In this document: piece by piece, positions 27,059 through 32,000 of the stretch
How the letters are laid out: each line of letters opens with the position of its first letter
How positions within the stretch are numbered: the first letter of the stretch is position 1
From: Candidatus Nanopusillus acidilobi
GTDB lineage: Archaea > Nanobdellota > Nanobdellia > Nanobdellales > Nanobdellaceae
DNA: 32,000 nucleotides
NCBI GenBank assembly: GCA_001552015.1
Contig: CP010514.1
Coordinates: 450,001 to 482,000, forward strand
Reading direction: 5' to 3'
The notes under the pieces: generated by a model
What the model was told of the DNA's origin: nothing
The model's database searches: none
The model's input: the letters and a program-made list of their open reading frames with translations, nothing else
Position numbers and translations under genes: made by a program

Positions 27059-27895
27059 CTATATTATTAATTTCTTTTCAACTAAAGTTTGTTGTGCTGG
27101 TTTTAATTTTGGTAATAATACTTCAATCATTTCATCTATGAATTTTGCTAAGGCTGGTGCATACAACCAAACAGCAACATCCATTGAGGATGGAACCTCT
27201 TTTTCATCAAATAACATCATTAATATTTCTTCAGAATCAACTGTAACAATTCTTCCTCTATAATCTCCAGCATCATATATTTCAACTACATTCATCAGCT
27301 CTTGAACATATTTTGCATTTCCCTCATCTATTGGTGTTATAATCCTAACTGGTATTTGTCTTTCTCTTAATTCATAAAATATTGGTTTTAATGCAATTGC
27401 ATCTCTAACAAATGTTAATTGAGTTGTAACAATATTTACGTTCTTTTGAGCTTCTTTTAACATTGATTCTAAATGACTTATTATATTTTGTTGCCCTCTT
27501 ATTGCTCCAGATTTTTCAGAAACATCTATTGATCCAACACCAGATTTATGCAATGCATCTAATTCTTTTATTAAATCAGAAGTTTTTACTTTTTCCAATT
27601 CATTAATTCTTCTTGACATAGATTCTTCATATCTTCTTTTTACCCTTTCAACAACCTCATTAGGTGGAACGGCAAGATATTTTATCGGTTTACCAAGTTT
27701 CATGATTACAAATCCTTTCTTCTCTAATGATTCCAAAACATCATATGCCCTTGATCTTGGTATATCTGCAATATCTGCTAATTCTCCAGCTGTTGCAATA
27801 CCCTTCATTAATAAGGCCAACCATATCCTGGCTTCATAAGTATTCAAATTAAAAGATGACTTTATCTTTTCTACTAACTCTTCACTTATAACCAT
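27059..27895 (-). CDS. TrmB-family transcriptional regulator
   Basis: FNLNTYEARIWLALLMKGIATAGELADIADIPRSRAYDVLESLEKKGFVIMKLGKPIKYLAVPPNEV plus effector-domain-like C-terminus. Confidence 0.9.
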   Translation of the reverse strand: MVISEELVEKIKSSFNLNTYEARIWLALLMKGIATAGELADIADIPRSRAYDVLESLEKKGFVIMKLGKPIKYLAVPPNEVVERVKRRYEESMSRRINELEKVKTSDLIKELDALHKSGVGSIDVSEKSGAIRGQQNIISHLESMLKEAQKNVNIVTTQLTFVRDAIALKPIFYELRERQIPVRIITPIDEGNAKYVQELMNVVEIYDAGDYRGRIVTVDSEEILMMLFDEKEVPSSMDVAVWLYAPALAKFIDEMIEVLLPKLKPAQQTLVEKKLII

Positions 27896-27930
27896 AATTT
27901 ATCTATATAATAAAAAGCTTAAAAATAGAA

Positions 27931-29625
27931 TTACTTTTTTTGGCTTTTGTATATTTCTATCAACCTATCAATAGTGTCAGCGTCCTCAACGGATTTATCA
28001 GGTCTTAGTCTAATAAACCTAGGAAACCTTAGTGCATAACCTGAAGAATATTTAGGACTTTTTTCTATTTCATCATACAACACTTCTATTACAATTTTTG
28101 GTTTAATTTTTACGTATTTTCCATTCTGTTCCTCTATATAATCCTTTAACATTTCTGTCATTTCTTCAAATGTTATATCATCTGGACTTTCTTTTTTCTC
28201 TTTAAATCCACTTCCAACTTCCCCTACTTCCAATAATTTCCCTGTTTTTTCATCTCTAACAGCAACTATAAAAGATGTTAGCCATCCACTTCTCTTTCCC
28301 TCTCCCCACTCAGCACCAACTATTACAACATCTAAAGATTCTTTTACAGGTTTTAATTTAACCATATAACCGACCCTTCTTCCAGGATGATATGGTGCAT
28401 CTAATTTTTTAAACATAACACCCTCTAAACCATTACTAATTGCCTCTTCAAAGAATTTTTGTGCTTCATCATCTGAAGATGTTATTATGCTTTCTGATAA
28501 TGATATTTTATTCATATCTTGCTTTACTATTGATTCTAATATTTTTCTTCTCTCCCTAAATGGAGTATTTATTAAAGATTTTCCATCATAATAAATTATA
28601 TCAAAGATTCTAACAACAACAGGTATTTCTTTAACCATTTTTTCTATATCATATTTTCTTTTTATTCTTCTTGAAATTCTCTGAAATGGTAAGTATTTTT
28701 TGTTTTCTCTATCATATCCAACAATTTCTCCCTCCACTAAAAAATCCTTATCATTTGGAAAACACTCTTTAATATATTCTATTACATCTGGAAATTGTTT
28801 TGTTACATTTTCCAATCTTCTAGTCCATAAAGATATTTGATCTCCTTTCTTATGTATTTGAACCCTAAATCCATCATACTTATATTCAACTTGCGCAGGT
28901 CTTCCAACAACATCTAAAGCTTCTTTAGCACTCTCTGCCTTTATTGCTAACATTACCCTAATTGGATTTCCTAGTATTGGTTCTAATTTAAATACAATAT
29001 CTTTTCCCTTTTCTAAAATTTGTCTTACCAATTCACCAAAATCATTCAAAATTGAATACGCCATTTCTACATTTTCTGATGGTAAACCAAAGGCCATAGC
29101 TATAGAATCTATTATAATTCCTTCTCCAACACCTATTTTCAAATCTTCTAATGTTAATCTTGCAATATATTTTGCTTCTATTGGTGATGATGAAATAAAT
29201 AAATTAGCCAGATATTTAATCTTTTTATCTTGTGTTCCTTCCCCTTCTAATTCTCCTATAGTTCTAAAGGTATTATATACGTCCTTTACAGTTAATTTCT
29301 TTGTAAATATTGATTTTTGTTTTCTTTCTGTTACTAATTTCTCTGCAACTACACCAAGATCTCCTGTTTTTACAAATAAACTTTCAATATAATCTTTATC
29401 ATAACCTGTAGCCAAAGATAAAGCTCTAATAGTAAATTTTTCAGCTATTCCTATATCTTTATCTTCCCATGGATAAAAAATCATCCCCTGTAATAACATA
29501 AATGTCTCTTTTAAAGAATCTTTATCTATTTCTTTAATAAATCTTGCCAATATTTCTGTTTTTTGGTTTTTTTCAGAAACAGATTCCAATTTCCTAAACA
29601 CCTCAGCAAGCTTCGCAAACTCCAT
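27931..29625 (-). CDS. lig: ATP-dependent DNA ligase
   Basis: EYKYDGFRVQIHKKG adenylation motif; FLVEGEIVGYD; NGLEGVMFKKLDAPYHPGRR; WLTSFIVAVRDE; PRFIRLRPDKS. Confidence 0.97.
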   Translation of the reverse strand: MEFAKLAEVFRKLESVSEKNQKTEILARFIKEIDKDSLKETFMLLQGMIFYPWEDKDIGIAEKFTIRALSLATGYDKDYIESLFVKTGDLGVVAEKLVTERKQKSIFTKKLTVKDVYNTFRTIGELEGEGTQDKKIKYLANLFISSSPIEAKYIARLTLEDLKIGVGEGIIIDSIAMAFGLPSENVEMAYSILNDFGELVRQILEKGKDIVFKLEPILGNPIRVMLAIKAESAKEALDVVGRPAQVEYKYDGFRVQIHKKGDQISLWTRRLENVTKQFPDVIEYIKECFPNDKDFLVEGEIVGYDRENKKYLPFQRISRRIKRKYDIEKMVKEIPVVVRIFDIIYYDGKSLINTPFRERRKILESIVKQDMNKISLSESIITSSDDEAQKFFEEAISNGLEGVMFKKLDAPYHPGRRVGYMVKLKPVKESLDVVIVGAEWGEGKRSGWLTSFIVAVRDEKTGKLLEVGEVGSGFKEKKESPDDITFEEMTEMLKDYIEEQNGKYVKIKPKIVIEVLYDEIEKSPKYSSGYALRFPRFIRLRPDKSVEDADTIDRLIEIYKSQKK

Positions 29626-29655
29626 AAAAAATATATAAAATTAAATTAAAAAAAT

Positions 29656-30741
29656 CTATTGTAGTACATCAATACCTAGATTTACATCTTTTCTTACTTT
29701 TGTTAATTCTCCAGATTCCCATTCTTCCTTCCATTTTCCTAATATATATGGACTCTTGACTCCAGATATAATTACTGTAACCTTAATCTTTCCCTTCATA
29801 TCTTCAGATTGCCTTGCACCCATTATTGTTAATGCATCTTCTCCAAGATGTTGTTTTATATATTCCATTGCTTCATTTATTTCATTTAATGTCATATCTG
29901 GTCCTCCTTCAACATGTACCAAAGCACCAGCTGCACCATTATAATCAACATCCAATAATGGTAATTCTAATGCTCTTTTTGCTGCGGTTACTGATCTCTT
30001 TTCATCATCTGCAATTCCAATACCTACTATTGAAGCTCCTCCGACACCTAATACAGTTTTTACATCTGCGAAATCTAAGTTAATATATGAAGCTTTATCA
30101 AATGTTTCTACCAAACCTTTTATCATTTGTCCTATTAAGTTATTTGCATATCCAAATGCTTGTGTAAATGGTAAATTACCAGCATATTGTAATATTTTGT
30201 TGTTATCAATTAATATAACATTGTCTGCATATTTTCTTAATTGAGCTAAACCTTCTTCTGCTTTTTCTCTTCTTACTACACCTTCATTATAGAAAGGCAA
30301 TGTTGCAACTGCTACTACAAGTGGTACTCCAACTTCTTTTGCTATTTGTGCAATAACTGGTGCTCCTCCTGTACCAGTTCCTCCGCCTAGACCTAATAAT
30401 ATCCAAACCATATCTGCACCTTCTAATAATTTCCTTATATCTGATTGTGAAGATCTTGCAGCATCCATTCCTTTTGATGGTAATCCTCCAGCACCCAATC
30501 CTCTTGTAACTTCCTTACCCAATAGAATCTTTTTATGAGCTTTAACTATCTTTAAATGAGCATAATCTGTATTTGCTGCAATTACTTCTGCACCTTTTAT
30601 ATTCATCCTATATAACCAATCTGCCATGTTACTTCCAGCCCCACCAACACCTATTATTTTTATTGTTGGCAACAATTTAAACTCCTCCCCTGGCGATACT
30701 CCTATTATTTCATCTTCTATTTTATTATTAATCTCTGCCAT
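29656..30741 (-). CDS. ftsZ: cell division protein FtsZ
   Basis: IKIIGVGGAGSNMADWL, tubulin signature GLGGGTGTGGAPVIAQIAKEVG, T7-like NLDFADVKTVL. Confidence 0.96.
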   Translation of the reverse strand: MAEINNKIEDEIIGVSPGEEFKLLPTIKIIGVGGAGSNMADWLYRMNIKGAEVIAANTDYAHLKIVKAHKKILLGKEVTRGLGAGGLPSKGMDAARSSQSDIRKLLEGADMVWILLGLGGGTGTGGAPVIAQIAKEVGVPLVVAVATLPFYNEGVVRREKAEEGLAQLRKYADNVILIDNNKILQYAGNLPFTQAFGYANNLIGQMIKGLVETFDKASYINLDFADVKTVLGVGGASIVGIGIADDEKRSVTAAKRALELPLLDVDYNGAAGALVHVEGGPDMTLNEINEAMEYIKQHLGEDALTIMGARQSEDMKGKIKVTVIISGVKSPYILGKWKEEWESGELTKVRKDVNLGIDVLQ

Positions 30742-31025
30742 TTATAGTTATGGCATTTCATATATTAAAAATATTTCTATAAAAAAATAATGTTTTTTGA
30801 AGATCTTAGTAAATTTCCATAAATTTAAGATAGCTTTTAACATAAAAAAATAAATTATTAAAATATATAAATATCTAACAAATTTTTCTGAATAGATAAA
30901 AAATCATGTTAAGATAATCATTAATAGATAAGTTTTTAAATATTATATAGACCATTGCTATTAAATAATTTATAAGATAAACAAAAAATGTAAAATTTAT
31001 AAAAATTACTATAACTATTATTATT

Positions 31026-31319
31026 ATGAAGTCAGAATCTACCCTACCAATGTTTATATTACCAGCATTAATTATAGCAGCATCAATAGTAGCCACCACT
31101 CAATATTTATCAACAGATATTATTCACATGAACTCAAATATTATAGCATATGCTGATTGTGCACAAAATATGATGAATTATGCATTTCTTGGACAGGTTT
31201 ATAATTTCTCTCAATGTTATTTAAATAGTATAAATCAAACATATGTAAATTGCTATTATAATTCAACAGATATTATATGCAATATAAATGGAACCAATTA
31301 TATTTACTCATTAGGGTAA
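31026..31319 (+). CDS. small membrane-anchored/secreted Cys-containing protein
   Basis: MKSESTLPMFILPALIIAASIVATTQYLS then Cys/Asn-rich tail (YADCAQ, SQCYLNS, VNCYYN, IICNING). Confidence 0.5.
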   Translation: MKSESTLPMFILPALIIAASIVATTQYLSTDIIHMNSNIIAYADCAQNMMNYAFLGQVYNFSQCYLNSINQTYVNCYYNSTDIICNINGTNYIYSLG

Positions 31320-31377
31320 TTTTGTTAAATATTATTTTTTATAAAAAGTTAAAATATTTTTTTATATAAAATCTTTT

Positions 31378-32000
31378 ATGAAATACGCAAAGATAAAAAC
31401 AAAAGATAACAAGGTATTTGAAGGATATTTAGTAAACGAAACATCGGAATTTATTATAATAAAATTAAAGAATGGCTATAATATTGGGATAAGAAATGAT
31501 GATATTTTGGAATTAAATAAAGAGGAAATAGAATCAAAATATGAAAATAGAGAATATAAAAAGCTAGAAAGTAGAAATAATAAAATATCAATATTAGCCA
31601 CTGGTGGTACAATATTATCAAAAATAGATTATAGAACTGGAGGAGTACATATGTTAACTAAACCAGAAGAATTAATTGATCTTGCACCAGATCTATTAGA
31701 TTATGTTGAAATTAAAAATATAGAAATACCATTTTCAATTGCTTCAGAAGATATGTTACCAGATAATTGGATAGAAATTGGAAAAATATTAGTAAGATTA
31801 CTAAATGATGACGTAAATGGAGTAACAATATTACATGGAACTGATACAATGCACTATACATCTTCAGCATTATCTTTTATTGTAAAAAATTTAAACAAAC
31901 CAGTTTCAATTACAGGATCTCAGAGATCTTCAGATAGACCGTCTTCAGATGCATTTTTTAATTTATTATCCTCTGCAGTATATGATAATTCTGATATAGC
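31378..32000 (+). CDS. gatD: glutamyl-tRNA(Gln) amidotransferase subunit D, N-terminal part (runs off window)
   Basis: Hand translation MKYAKIKTKDNKVFEGYLV...ISILATGGTILSKIDYRTGGVHMLTKPEEL...NGVTILHGTDTMHYTSSALSF...PVSITGSQRSSDRPSSDAFLN. Confidence 0.93.
   Translation, partial: MKYAKIKTKDNKVFEGYLVNETSEFIIIKLKNGYNIGIRNDDILELNKEEIESKYENREYKKLESRNNKISILATGGTILSKIDYRTGGVHMLTKPEELIDLAPDLLDYVEIKNIEIPFSIASEDMLPDNWIEIGKILVRLLNDDVNGVTILHGTDTMHYTSSALSFIVKNLNKPVSITGSQRSSDRPSSDAFFNLLSSAVYDNSDI

Noticed and set aside
30875-31099. Minus-strand 74-aa hydrophobic ORF
   Set aside because: It is low-complexity AT-driven, overlaps the more protein-like plus-strand ORF 31026..31319 and has no homologous features.
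1-32000. Defence system, CRISPR-Cas, toxin-antitoxin, provirus or transposase
   Set aside because: No effector, integrase, transposase, capsid or Cas motifs were recognised in any translated ORF; remaining unknown ORFs are too poorly characterised to claim such a role.

Overview
This is an AT-rich archaeal window. Gene density is high, spacers are short and most genes lie on the minus strand. Gene content suggests a small-genome thermophilic DPANN/Nanoarchaeota-like lineage; this is inference, with no phylogeny run. Markers include: a reverse-gyrase topoisomerase half encoded alone, L7Ae, aEF-1beta, a COG2888-type Zn-ribbon, FtsZ, ATP-dependent DNA ligase, Taw1, PEP synthase, GatD, and three tRNAs (Arg-CCT, Val-CAC, Gln-CTG). 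The left edge carries CTP synthase broken by two +1 frameshifts. From 3.3 to 9.6 kb is a surface-protein locus with a pilin-like protein, a PMT/ArnT-like membrane glycosyltransferase, a DUF2341-like secreted protein, two mucin-like Thr-rich repeat proteins and an N-glycosylation-sequon-rich membrane protein. The most notable items are: (1) a near-canonical archaeal C/D-box sRNA candidate (C-12-D'-3-C'-12-D) at 14945..14993, overlapping the 3' end and stop codon of a divergent SpeD-like gene; (2) the Thr-rich surface/adhesin locus next to a candidate glycosyltransferase; (3) the stand-alone reverse-gyrase topoisomerase subunit; (4) an acyl-CoA synthetase (ADP-forming) alpha subunit split at a domain boundary; (5) a 41-codon L39e-like ORF missing from the ORF track. 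I found no CRISPR array, transposon or recognisable defence system.
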